This document shows, in pieces, positions 1 to 12,142 of a stretch of DNA of 64,000 bases (position 1 is its first letter; every line of letters starts with the position of its first letter). Position numbers and translations under genes: made by a program. The stretch spans positions 1,364,001 through 1,428,000 of the forward strand of contig VJWM01000063.1 of assembly GCA_010909165.1 (NCBI GenBank), written 5' to 3'. The notes beneath the pieces were generated by a model that had not been told where the DNA came from, did no database searches, and was given only the letters and a program-made list of their open reading frames with translations. The DNA comes from Anthoceros angustus (taxonomy: Eukaryota > Plantae > Anthocerotophyta).

Positions 1-310
1 CCAGCTGACCCTCTCTGGCAATGCCACTTGTGTCAAGGACAAGGCATCTGTTGGGATCCAATACACCTGTACCGTGGTTCGCTCCTCGGTCCCGTGTAGC
101 TTGTGACAGTGGACAGAGACAGGACAGGACAGAAGCGGGGGAACGGGCGAAAGTGGTCTCCAGTGGTTCCCCGTTGGTTTGGCTTTGGTCAGTTACACAT
201 TCAGCGAAGGAGAACATGCATCCGCTACTTTGATTTCTTCTTGACGAATTCCAGCCCTACGCTGAAACGTTGTAAATCATCTACTTGCGTCCGGTTCCGA
301 TGCACTGACC
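1..310 (+). pseudogene. Inverted, frameshifted paralogous copy of the relic exon lying 3' of PPO-A (tail-to-tail fragment)
   Basis: 1-130 is the reverse complement of about 830-965, and 200-310 matches the reverse complement of about 690-800. Peptide SGNATCVKDKASV here versus SGNATCVKQKASV on the minus strand. The same segment recurs at about 56395-56780. Confidence 0.6.
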
Positions 311-384
311 CTAAACTCTCTTGTGCACAGGCAGGCAGGCCCTGGACTTGCCTGGGCCCTGGCCTGGTTTGGGGGCTGCCACAG

Positions 385-575
385 TTTGATGTGTATAGAG
401 TTTGTGCACAGTTTAAAACGTGTTGCTATGCTTGTCCGAGGTGGTGAAAATTGGATATGCTGGGTTGCTTGATAAAAAATCCCCACGCCTCCAAGCAAAG
501 GATTGGTGGGTTAGCAGTTCTGGTATGATTCAGAACAAGGAGTTTTCTGGCCCCTAGCTGAGCTGTTCAGCTGGA
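385..575 (+). pseudogene. Fragment of an unidentified exon (EVVKIGYAGLL), copy 1 of 3
   Basis: gaggtggtgaaaattggatatgctgggttgcttga and ttttctggccc..gagctg.ttcagctgg also occur at about 56850-57055 (+) and 62575-62700 (-), with the same peptide frame. Confidence 0.45.
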
Positions 576-679
576 ATGATTTGTGAGGAAAGTGGGGTTT
601 AATGGACCAAGGCTCAGGCAGTGCTGCCTGTGTAGACAAGGTCCTTGTGCTAGGATCACGAGGGGGGTTTAGGGCCAAT

Positions 680-1175
680 GCACCTCCACTGTATTGGCAC
701 GGGTGGCAAGGGAGAAAATTTACAAAGTTTCAACATAGGATTGGAATTCATCAGGTTCTTGAGAAAAAAAACGCGGAATGCGGATGCATATCCTCCTTTC
801 CTTTGGTGGCACTTAGTCCTGTTCTGTCCTGTCCTGTCTCTGTGTCTGACTCTGTCCGCTGTCACAGGCTAAATGCGACCGAAGAGCGGACCACGGTACA
901 CGGTACCTGATCTCAACAGATGCCTTCTGCTTGACACAAGTGGCATTGCCAGAGACGTCGAAGCTGGTGATGGGCAAGTCCTAGCTGCTACGGGACCCTT
1001 AGTGAAACTGAGTCCAACCGACTGCCCCTTCACCAGCTTCTTCTGTTTGGCACATGGATGCTTAGTGCCCCCCTCCCCAAAGTCATGCAGATTAGTGTCC
1101 GGAGGTCGATCGAGTAGCACTGGAGGGAGGTGATTGTGCCAGGCTAAGAGTAAACTAGAATTTGATATTTAGTCT
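680..1175 (-). pseudogene. Decayed exon downstream of PPO-A, probably a relic C-terminal-domain exon
   Basis: Good acceptor (ttttcacag) near 1176 and a matching donor (AG|GTAAGA) near 1390. Homologous to 57085-57500 in copy B. No frame is open from the acceptor through the exon. Confidence 0.45.
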
Positions 1176-2254
1176 CGATTTCCTGTGAAAAAAAGAAAAG
1201 CATACAAGATCATGTATAGGTAGGTAACTCAAAAGACATCTCGGGCCAATTCAGGCCTTATCCCCAAGGGTGGTTAGGGGAATTCAGGCCACGACCCCTT
1301 CCTGCCAATTTGCGGTTGCTGACTAAGGTACTCTATCAGGGGCAGGATATACGTATGAGGTGCAATGAGGTGGGGCTCGTTTCACCTCTTACCTCAATTC
1401 AATCCCTTCCCCTCGCAGGCTCCAGATGAACTAAATATGGAGTCCTACATAAAAGAATGTCCTACTCCGAAATCTTGGAGTCAGGGGTGCTCTACTTGCT
1501 GGTGAGCATCCTTGAGGTCCAGCTCGTTGAGGCAGTCCCTGACTGTGACCCTCACAATGTCTGCGTTCTCATCAAAGAAGAAAAATTCGGCGTCCAGAAA
1601 GTCTGGGTCTTCCTCATAATTCACGTGGCCAGACAGCTCCTCAAGGAACAAAACAATGAGCACTCAAAACTGAGCGACATCCGATGATACCCAACTTCTA
1701 GCAAGATTGCTAGCGAAAACAACCCGGACAGATAGCAATTCACGAACAGGAGGGGGTCGTGCAGGGAGGTGTAGATGGCTCCCATGTCTTCGTATGTCAA
1801 CTCCGGGTCGCCAGTATGGAAATGGACGACGCTGTGGACGTTGTTCTCATAGGTCTTCCGGCCCTGGACGAACACCATCCCGGCGCGCATTGGGTGGGAC
1901 ATGAACTTAGAGTTAGCCTCCTTGACGAGCAAGCGATGCAAGTGCGCGTTATTACGCAGCCGGAGCTCTTCCGGCGTCTTGGCGTACGGAATGCTTCAGT
2001 TCAGCTGCACGTCCCGGTCGTAGTACTCCAGATCCACCAGCTTGTCGGGCAGCCCAGGCGCCAGTAACGGGTCGCGCATGCGGTGGTAGAGATCCGGGTA
2101 GTTCTCGGGATCCCGAAAGAAGAGCGGCACCGCATTGGGGGTGGGATCGAGGGGCAGCTGGTTGTCCCAGTTCCAGAACGGCGGCAGCGACAAGTTCTCA
2201 TCGCCCAGCATCTTGCCCGTGGTCCTCTCGTAGAAGAAAGTGAACCTGCAGAAA

Positions 2255-2470
2255 TGTTGTGCACCATGCGCCGGCTACACTGGGCAGGACTCGTTTAGGG
2301 CACGTTTGGCACATGTGGCAATTACGTAAATTAAGAGCGGTTAATAACAGTTAATCAGTTATTCACCAGCAGTTATTACCAGATACAGTTACAACCACCA
2401 ATACGTGTATAAATGTACCAGTACCCTTAATCACAAAACACTCTCTTTATGCAGATTCGTATGCACTTTA
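2255..2470 (+). repeat. 5' LTR of Copia-1 (TG...TA termini)
   Basis: Starts TGTTG and ends GCACTTTA directly before the PBS. Repeated at about 8416-8613. Confidence 0.85.
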
Positions 2471-2482
2471 TGGTATCAGAGC
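2471..2482 (+). promoter_or_regulatory. Primer-binding site, tRNA-iMet
   Basis: TGGTATCAGAGC immediately after the LTR. Confidence 0.92.
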
Positions 2483-2959
2483 GGAGGAGTCTTGCCCGTT
2501 AAACCGCGCCTGGCGCCCTCGGTTTTCTTCACCACTCGTAATGACGCCGCAGCAGCGGCGGAAGCATGCTTCAACGATCCTAGGCAACGCCATGCCTCGG
2601 CGCACCCGGCGGAATCGCCGGCGAATGCCCCAGGCGAATCCTCACACCTCGCGCGGCGACGGTGGCCACCAAGAACCCGTGATTGCCGTGGAGATATCTT
2701 CGTTATTAGACTCGGCTATTTTCCAGATGCAAGAAGTACCTCAAGACTTCACCGAGTGACTTACACCACGCTTCTGACAGACTTCATCAACTCCTCGCAC
2801 TCGCTACCTCCACGAAGACCATCTCAAGAGCCGATAGTTCTAATCAAATCGCGGATGGAGGCACTCCTCGTTCATTTCCAACTTGCTGTATGCACAAATA
2901 ATGAATCGGAAGCACGTGAGTAGGCGAATGCCCCATTTCGACCCGCTAGGTCAAGATAC

Positions 2960-5900
2960 AACCAAATTGCTTTAGAAACTCACCCGTCTTGCACGTACAC
3001 TCATGGCTCAAATTGTGAATACAACCAAGGTAGAGTTTAGAGATCGAGATCGCTTCACGAAGCGACTACGACATCGGCGGTCATCGCTGGCTAGAAGAGC
3101 ATGATCTCATGGGGATAGTCGGATGCATCGCCCAACCTTCCATCACAACCACTCCCGCTGCGATCGGGGTTGCGGCTTGGATCAAGAAGGACAAGCGTGC
3201 CGTAGCATCCTGATTTACGCCATTGACAAGAGCATGATGCACCACACAAGTGGCCAAACCACTTCCAACGCCATCCGAGGACTTTCAAAGACATGTTTGC
3301 CCAAAGCGGCATGTCCTTAATCAACGCAACAAGACAGTTTTATTCACTAAGAATGAAAGACTCAGATACGGTTGAACAGCACGTGAACTTGTTCCGATCC
3401 CTTAGAGCAAAGCTAGCCGGAGGAGTACCGTTATCTCCGAACACCAAGCGCGGTGGCCCTCCTAACCTCTCGCCGCACAGGACATTCATTAGCGCTCAAA
3501 ATTCAGCAATTCGCGCGGCTATCAACGCGACGGCAGCAGGGCAGCAACCCAACTACACACTTACCGAGGTGGTTGCAGCCTCCTCGAGGAGGAATCCAGA
3601 TCCACAAGCCACAAGCCGGTCCCATCCAAAGGCCTGCACTCTTCCATCAAGGGCCGGCGCGGAAGAGGTGGCGGCGGCAACTTCCAAGCGAAGGCCCTTT
3701 TCTCAACCATCTTTCGGTATCAACAAGCAACGACCCAGGACCAAGGGCCCGTGCAACTGGTGCCGTATTCACAGGCACTTTGAAAATGAGTGCGGGAAGA
3801 AACTTCTTTGGGGAACCCGTCGCGATGCACCTCGTGTGAATCCCACTACACAAGCACAAAGTCGCTTCTCCAACCTCTCGTTCTTCTTTGTATGCTTAAC
3901 ACTCACGAGAGAGATGAAAGCAAATGGTTCTGGATTCCGCGACTACGCATGTCTGCGGCAAAGAAGCTTTTGAATCTTACCATGATTCACCTGCAGACCA
4001 ACATGTTCTCTTAGGAGACGATAGCGCCTGGCCGTGGCAGTGCAAGCAACGTCTCCGCAAGCCGAATGGAGAATGTCTCCTCATCACTGGAGTCCTGCAT
4101 GTCCCCCGCATGACCAAGAACCTGCTGTCAGTCCGAAAGCTAGCCACGGAACACAACCTAGTCATCACCTTTCAAGGTAACCACTGCCTTATTCATAGAT
4201 TCCGTGACCCATCCAAGACTATCCTAGCACATGGCCTCCCTTACAACGATCTCTATCTTCTCAATATCCACAACTTCCCCGCTTGTCGACCCAGTCACCA
4301 CAAGAACCCTCTCCAAGTCGACTCCCTCTTATGGCCGAGCTGGTCACCTCGGCACACTTGAATTCCCCGATCCAACCATGTATCGGGACCCAATCTCGGA
4401 AATATCTCAGACACCTGCGAGATCATCAATACACCAAGCTGAACCAGCTACCTTTCAATGACCCTTACCTACAAGAGCGGCGTTGCTTGAGGTCGTCCAC
4501 TCGGACATCTGTGGCCCAATGAGTACATCCTCTTTCGGTGGTCATTCCTATTTTTGACATTCACACGAATGGAGCCTATTGCTGCATATACTTCCTCAAG
4601 CACAAAGACCAGGCCCTTCAATGCTTCCGAGTATGTGGCACTAGCGGAGCGGCACAGACTTCAAGTCGGCACCCTTGAATGGACAATCGGAGAATACGAG
4701 TCACTCCTTCCGTGAATCTTGCAACCAAGGGCATCAAGCGGCTTACCGTACCTTATACACCAGCCCAAAACCCTTTTGAAGAATGACAGATCATTCTTTG
4801 GAAATATCTCGTTCTCTGCTCAATTAATAAGGCTTACACAAGGATCTTGGGCGTTTCTGACCAACTATCTTAAAACCGGCGCCCACGAAGGAGCTTCCAA
4901 CATCACACCATATAGTGGACGGGCGGAAGCCCGCATATCTCACTTGATTTTTGGCACCGCATTCGCTCATATCCTAATGACTGCGAAATGGGACGACAAG
5001 GGTAAGAAGCTCTTATTCATCGGCTATTCGACCAATCCAAGGCATCTGATTACTTGACCCTTCCACCCGTCGGGTAACCCTCTCACGCGCGTGCTTTTCA
5101 TGAAGTCACACTCAATACTATCACTGTCTGCAAACTCAAACCCTCTGCTCCTAGCACATGGTTTCTCCCCTTCTTCCCTCTCGACCTTGAGGGGATACAT
5201 ATAACCCTCTGATTACGAAATCATTGAACTGCAAGGCCGGATAGGCAATCAGCTCAACCAATAGCTCCGGCAAGCCACAATTGACCACCGCCTCCGCTAC
5301 CTGCACACACACAAGCCACAAGCCAGGTCAGCCACCTCTCCAGCAAAGGCGCGAACTTGACCCACTTCACCGCCGACAGACAGCAACTTTACCGGTAGCC
5401 GAGCCCTCACTCGAGCTCTACCCATCAACGCCCTCCTCGGCCTAGCTGGAAGGACAATTACCACTGGCCAGGGGCTTCAACCTCCAGCAGAACCTTACCT
5501 CCTGCTACCCCAGTTTCAGCTCCAGATGAAGATGTGCAACAACAACAACACCAGCAAGCTCATCATGTTAACCTGGCTCTATATCAAGCTATGTCAACCA
5601 TTGAGATGCAGGATGTGCCTCAGTCAATTGAAGAAGCCTTCCGAACCCCTGAATGGACCGCAGCAGCTAAGTCTGAATACGACTCGCTGGTTGCGAATAA
5701 AACTTGGATACTGACCGACCTACCCCCGGGTCGTAAACCCATTTCATGCAAGTGGACCTTTAGGAGAAAGCTGAATCCAGATGGGACAGTAGCACGACAT
5801 AAAGCAAGGCTAGTCGCAGGAGCTTCAAGTCCACGGTTTTGACTACGAAGAGAACCGACTTTATAGCCACTGGTGAAATCAACATCGCTAGAATACTCTT

Positions 5901-8145
5901 AACCGGCAGCTCATCACCATCCGGAGATTCACCAAGTCGGCGTTAAAAGCGCTTTATGCGGCACCTTGAATGAAGACATTTACATGCTTCAACCTCCGGA
6001 TACATCAAAAATAGCAAGAAGGTTTGTAAGCTGAAGTCCCTCTGGACTAAAACAAGTCCCAGTATGGAAGCAAGCAGTGGACTTGTTCCTAAAGAAATCG
6101 GTTTCCTACCTTTAGCCAGACAAGTGTGTACCTCCTCGGGAAAAGAATTTTGCTTTACTTACCTTGTATGTTGTGACAACTTCATTTTTTGTTCCCTCGG
6201 ATCATTGATCGTAAAGATTTACTTGCCAAAGAGTACGAGATTGTAGACATAGGCCTTCTCAAGTTCGCCCTAGGTGTCCGGTTTGAGAGAAGTGCAATGT
6301 AGAACATTCCTTCTTTATTCACCAAACATTACGTAGACCGATTCTTTGGATAGGTTTAACTAAAGATGCGGACTGTCACCACACCCATAGCCGCGGTGAA
6401 AAGGTGTCGTGAAGATTCCCTACTACACTGCGAAATAGAAGAAATGAAGCAAGTACCCTATAGTGAAGCCGTAGGCACCTTCTATACCTAGCAATCGGAC
6501 CGTCCGGATATATCCCAGTCAATATAGCATCTAGGTATCTTTCCAATCCTGGAAAAGCCCAGGACATCGTTAAGCGAATACTTAGGTACTTAAAAGCAGA
6601 TCCTCGGCCTCTCATACCATTGAGACAAGTAGCAAACTTGTACTTACATGTTTTCGAGGCCTTGAGGCGGGCGGAGATCCGAGATGCGGGATGTGCCTCG
6701 ATCAATTGAAGAAGCCTTCCGAACCCCTGAATGGACGCGGCTAAGTCTCGAATACGACTGTTGGTTGCGAATAAAACTTGATCTTGACCGACCTACCCGT
6801 CGTAAACCCATTTCATGCAAGTGGACCTTTAGGAGAAAGTCAATCCGGATGGGACGGTGTACGACATAAAGCAAGGCTAGTCGCGGAGAGCTTGATAAGT
6901 CCTGGTTTTGACTACCCGACTTTATAGCCACTGGTGAAATCAACATCGCTAGAATACTCTTGCAGCTCATCACCATCCGGAATTCACCAAGTCGACGTTA
7001 AAAGCGCTTTTTGTACGGCACCTTGAATGAAGACATTTACATGCTTCAACCTCCGGATACATCAAAAATAGCAAGAAGGTTTGTAAGCTCTCAAGTCCCT
7101 CTGGACTAAAACAGTCCATTTCGGTATGGAGCAAGCAATGGACTTGTTCCTAAAGAAATCTGGTTTCCTACCTTTGTTGAGACCCAAGTGTGTACCTCCT
7201 CAGACGGAAAAGAATTTTGCTTTACTTACCTTGTATGTTGTGACAACTTCATTTTTTGTTCCCTCGGATCATTCAAGACGTAAAGATTTACTTGCCAAGA
7301 GTACGAGATTGTAGACATAGGCCTTCTCAAGTTCGCCCTAGGTGTCCGGTTTGAGAGAAGTGCAGAACATTCCTTCTTTATTCACCGGCAACATTCGTAG
7401 ACCGATTCTTTGGATAGGTTCTTTAAAGATGCGGACTGTCACCACACCCATAGCCGCGGTGAAAAGGTGTCGTGAAGATTCCCTACTACACTGCGAAATA
7501 GAAGAAATGAAGCAAGTACCCTATAGTGAAGCCGTAGCCTTCTATACCTAGCAATCGGACACGTCGGATATATCCCAGTATCAATATAGCATCTAGGTAT
7601 CTTTCCAATCCTGGAAAAGCCCAGGACATCGTTAAGCGAATACTTAGGTACTTAAAAGAACCAGATCCCTCGGCCTCTCATACCGGTCAGAATAGTAAAA
7701 CTTGTACTTACATGTTTTCGAGGCCTTGAGGCGGGCGGAGATCCGATGCTAGAAGATCTACAGCAGCTTATTGCACCATGATCATGACTCAAGGTCTCAC
7801 AGGCGTGCAAGAAGATGGCGACAGTGTGCCTCTCATCCACCGAAGCGGAGTACGCAGCAACTTCATTGGCAGCTAAGGAAATCCTCTGGATACGCCAATT
7901 TCAAGGACATTAATGAAGAGCAACATCGACCAGCGCTCAAGTGCGACAACCAATCAGCGATCGCCATGACTCTAAATCCAATTACGCACGCTCGAAGCAC
8001 GTGGAGATCTGACACCATTTCATCCGGCAAGTAGTGAGCAACAAGCAGTCACCCTCGGCTATTAGCCACGGAGGAGAACACGGCATCTTCTCACAAAGGA
8101 CTATCGAAGACACTACATGAGCGACATGTTCAAGCAATCGGGTTG
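2960..8145 (+). pseudogene. Copia-1 gag-pol, heavily frameshifted, with the RT region tandemly duplicated (5603-6680 / 6681-7743)
   Basis: RQFYSLRMKDSDTVEQHVN (gag), VLDSATTHVC (PR), IEEAFRTPEWTAAAKSEYDSLVANKTW..KPISCKWTFRRK (RT, twice), LKCDNQSAIAM (RH). Confidence 0.85.
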
Positions 8146-8415
8146 AGAAGGGAAACTTATCATGGAGGGCGAATCTTCCACTCGAGGAAAGGCCGAGAGC
8201 ACATCAAGTTCCTGCCCGTTTCATGAGAGAAGAGCTCTCTTTCGACGGACTTTTGGTACTTGACCACATACCGCGTCACTCTGTCACCAATGGCATCGGC
8301 GTAGAGACAAGTTGAAGAAGCCACCGAGTTGATGACAAGCTGCTCAATCACCCATGACTGACGTAGAGGGATATCGCCATCTTGACATCACTACGAATCG
8401 TTGCACCAGTTAGAG

Positions 8416-8613
8416 TGTGCAACCTCATGCGCCGCTAGGCGACTCGTTTAGGGCACGTTTGGCACATGTGGCAATTCGTAAATTAAGAGCCACGGTTAAT
8501 AACGCTTAATCGATTATTCACCAGCGATTACTGCATACCACCAATACGTGTATAAATGTACCAGTACCCTTAATCACAAAACACTCTCTTTATGCAGATT
8601 CGTATGCACTTTA
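8416..8613 (+). repeat. 3' LTR of Copia-1
   Basis: Matches 2255-2470 with indels. Ends GCACTTTA, followed by TSD AGAAA. Confidence 0.85.
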
Positions 8614-9256
8614 AGAAACACAAGATGCACGTCCAGATGAAGCTCACAAAGCATTCAATACAGCCCACAAATTTGTGTGCACAGTGTACAACAATCAGGA
8701 ATGATATGGAATGCAGCAAGCCTGGGAAATGTGCAAGTGCATCTGTGGAAGGGATGGAGGAGCCAGTTTTGGTGTACCGAGTACTGTGGTCCTGGGATCA
8801 GCTGCGGGAGGTTTCGCCCCGGACAAAGATGTGTATTGAGCATGTAGTTGGGCGGATCGGAGAGCTGGAGCTCCTTGATGAGCCGGAACCCGAGGTTGAG
8901 GCTGCGGGAGGTAGGTCCGGTTGTTGCCGATGAGGTGGGCGTGGCACAGCGCATTTGCTCGGGGAGCGGATTCTCCTTAATTACTCCGCCCACTCCTTGT
9001 ACCCCAAAGGCCGCCTTGAGAGTCGGTGTTCCTTCCAATGGGATGTTGCGTGCCACATCCCCGCCCACCTTCCGCAAGGGCACCAACTAGGGAATGTGGT
9101 ACTTCCAGTCCGAATCGGCCGCCGAGCGCGTCAGTGATCGCCACTCACACCGCTAACACGACACTTGCCAACAAGAGGCGGCAGAGGACGCCATCGCCTC
9201 GTAAAAGGGCGACTCAAGAGATCGCATGCGAGATTCCGAGACGTTGGGAAGGTTGG

Positions 9257-9453
9257 TATTGGGAGTTACATGTTTAGTAACTGTCCTTTACCACATGTCA
9301 TTGTAGCAGTAGCGCTTAGGTAGTTCAATCGAGTTAGTTACCACTTCGGACACTTAAGAACCATTTGTAAACACACAATCATAACGCTCGGATTATCGTT
9401 CTTCTCCCTCGGCTGTGGATTACGAGCATCATGCGAGATGCTCGACTTCTTTA
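9257..9453 (+). repeat. 5' LTR of Copia-2
   Basis: TATTGGGAGTTAC...GACTTCTTTA followed by tggtatc(a)gagc. Confidence 0.9.
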
Positions 9454-10124
9454 TGGTATCGAGCACTAATTAATCCTTAGATGTTGATCGCGAGGACGCG
9501 TTGTGGACAAGTGAGCGAGGAAACATGACAAGGAGAAGAGCCACAGCCGCAAAGGCATAGCAAGCCAATCTCACGAGGCCCTCCTCGCTTTCCTATCTTG
9601 TGCTCAGATTGTCAAGAAGAGAATCGATTGGAGCGTTTCCCTCAGCCACAATCTCTAAAGATTGAGAAGGTTATCAGCCTGCTCAACGACTACTGCCTCC
9701 CAGGAGTGATCGTTGAAGCCGCAAGGAAATTTCTGAATGCTCAGGAGGTTGAGAGTTACGGCGTGCTCAAACCTCAAGAAGGCAGATTTGCAAGCTTGTT
9801 TCCAACTCGTTTCACTCCAGAACGTGTTAAGGCTCTCAAGCTGATTTAATCAAGCAAATTTCGGGAAGCCTCATGATTCTTGACACCATCTGCAGCAACT
9901 TTATCGAAGAAGATGCCTTTAGCCGTGGTGCTTTGAATAGCGGGAGCCCTTCTCATTAAGAGAAGGCACAACTCAAGCTTATGCAAGATGTCTCGGACTG
10001 AGTCGAGAGTGATGTCTATGACCTTTCATTTACATTTGAGCACATAGATTATTCCTTGTGGGATTTTTCTCCTGCCCTCTTGCATAGAGCCGAGACTTGG
10101 TCATCAACTCAGAATACTGTAACC

Positions 10125-11894
10125 ATGGCAACACCTTTACCTCCTCTCAAGATTGAATTCAGAGATAAAGATAGGTTTAATGGTGTTGATTATAACATCT
10201 GGGCTTTAAGAGTGAGCCAGATTTTAGAAGAGAATGAGCTTATGGAGATTGCAGATGGGTCAGACCCAAAAGTGACAACTCCAGCTAGAGCTGCTGACAA
10301 GCAGCTTGATTGGGAACATAAAGATAGGCGTGCTAGGTCTATACTTATTTCTGCCCTTGATAGAAACATGATTCCTCACACCATAGGTGCTGTCAATGCT
10401 GCTGATGTGTGGAAAGTGTTTAAGCAGATCTACTAAGATAAAAGCTCAACATCCCTGATACACTCGTATAGGGACTTCTTCAATTTAAGGATGAAGGAAG
10501 GAGAGCCAGTCGAAGCTTACATCAACAAGTTTCGGACTTGTAGAGCCAATTTGGCTTCTTGAAATACCTCACCGAGGTACAAGCTGACGCTAGCCTCGCT
10601 TCGAGCTACGAATTTTGTTGGAAGCGAATGCAACCATGTGGCCTCAAGCGGTGCAAGCAACACACCGACATTACTCTCGAAGAAGTTTTGGGTGCACTTC
10701 TCTCAAGAGCGTGCGCATGGCCTTCACAAGACACGTGGAGCCACTACAAGCAACTCAAGAGTGCTTTTTTCTTCAAGAGGCAGAGGTAGTTTTCGTGGAC
10801 GAGGCAGAGGCAGGCGTCAAGGCTATCCATCACCTGTACAACAGCAACAGAGTTTTCTCAACACTCAGAAGAAATCCTTCATATGTAATCGTAATACCCC
10901 GGACACCTTGAGCGGATTGCGAGAAAGAAAAGAGCCGGTGAGCCACGAGATACTCCCAACTCGAGAATCAAATCTTGCTCTCCAAAGTTAAGTCACCAAC
11001 CATCCTAGCAACTTGTCTCCTCCATTCTGACTCAAAAGGATACTTGGTTTTGGACTCGAGCCACTAACCACATCTGTCATGATAGACGTTCTTTTACATC
11101 TTTGAGCTGTGTCGATAAGCAGGATCTTGGGAGATGATAGTGGCCTCTCGATAAAAGGATGTGGATCGGTCATTATTCAACTTCCTAGCACGGACATGAT
11201 TCTTAGTGGAGTACTCTATGTTCCTCTATGACCAAAAACCTTATGTCCGTTTAAAGCTCTCTCAAGAGCACATGTGTCGAACTTGTTTTGATCATAGCGT
11301 GTCAGATTACATATGTATCTTCAAGTCAAGAATTGTTTTCGTCAACCCTTTAATGATCCGTACATGCTCAATAATGTTAAAACCATCCCGCCTAGTTCAC
11401 CATCTGCAAATATGGTCCAACCTCCTTCCACTATGCAATTATGGCACTGCCGCCTTGGCCATGTGAACTTCCAGCGTCTTTCCTTCTTAGCAAACAGTGG
11501 GAGTTATAGGGATTCTTTTAAGTTTACCCACATACATGATCCTTTCTGTGATTCATGTGAAATGAGCAAGGCTCATTCACAGCCATTTTCTGATAAGGAA
11601 CCAACTCGAGCCACCAGCCTGTTGGAGACAATTCACAGTGATATATGTGGGCCAATCTCAACTCAATCCTTTGGAGGAGCATGTTACTTCATCACATTTA
11701 TAGACGAATGGAGTCGATACTGTACCGTCTATCTGCTCAGCCACAAGAGTGAAGCACTGGAGTGTTTTCAATCCTTTATTAGACATGCTCAGCGGCATAC
11801 AGGAGCGAGAGTTCGTATTCTTCGCACCGACAATGGTGGAGAATATACCAGCAATGATTTCAAAAATTTCTGCGAGGACGAAGGGATCAAACAC
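10125..11894 (+). pseudogene. Copia-2 gag, protease and N-terminal part of integrase
   Basis: MATPLPPLKIEFRDKDRFNGVDYNIWA.. (UBN2 gag); WHCRLGH..CDSC..IHSDICGP..FIDEWSRY..LRTDNGGEY (integrase), cut at GIKH by Copia-3. Contains stops and frameshifts. Confidence 0.9.
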
Positions 11895-12142
11895 TGACAC
11901 GAATTAGAGAACACACACAAACATGTACTCAACAGAATGATTGATTAAATTAATGAACAAAACTGTGTCTTATATACTGTGTTAAATATAAACCCTAATC
12001 GTTAACTAAGTGAGGTTAACTAACCAAGAGTAACAAACTCTAACACCCCCTCTTAACCGAACAGGTTAACGGAACGGGGTTCTTAAAAACGAGGTCATAG
12101 GGTTACGCTCCGTCATGTTGTAGTCTTGACGTAAAGGCCGTA

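Larger units (their letters stand above)
2255..8613 (+). mobile_element. Ty1/Copia LTR retrotransposon Copia-1 inserted in PPO-A intron 1
   Basis: LTRs 2255-2470 and about 8416-8613; PBS TGGTATCAGAGC at 2471-2482; TSD AGAAA at 2250-2254 and 8614-8618. The empty site matches the intron of copy B. Fragments of gag, zinc knuckle (CNWCRIHRHFENEC), protease, RT and RNaseH are present. Confidence 0.93.
1445..9194 (-). pseudogene. PPO: Polyphenol oxidase copy A (pseudogene): exon 3 1445-1639, exon 2 about 1741-2245, exon 1 about 8740-9194
   Basis: Exons are collinear with copy B (FTFFYER..MLGDEN..PFWNWD; DPDFLDAEFFFFDEN..VRDCL). Lesions: two TGG->TGA stops, a 47-nt deletion removing HHANVDRIWTVWK and the intron-2 donor, a Copia in intron 1, and many indels in exon 1. 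Confidence 0.93.

Noticed and set aside
1480-2000. TGA at two conserved Trp positions of PPO-A as codon reassignment or A-to-I editing
   Set aside because: Copy B has TGG at both sites and uses the standard code. Copy A has other fatal lesions (CuB deletion, TE insertions), so ordinary G->A decay explains it.
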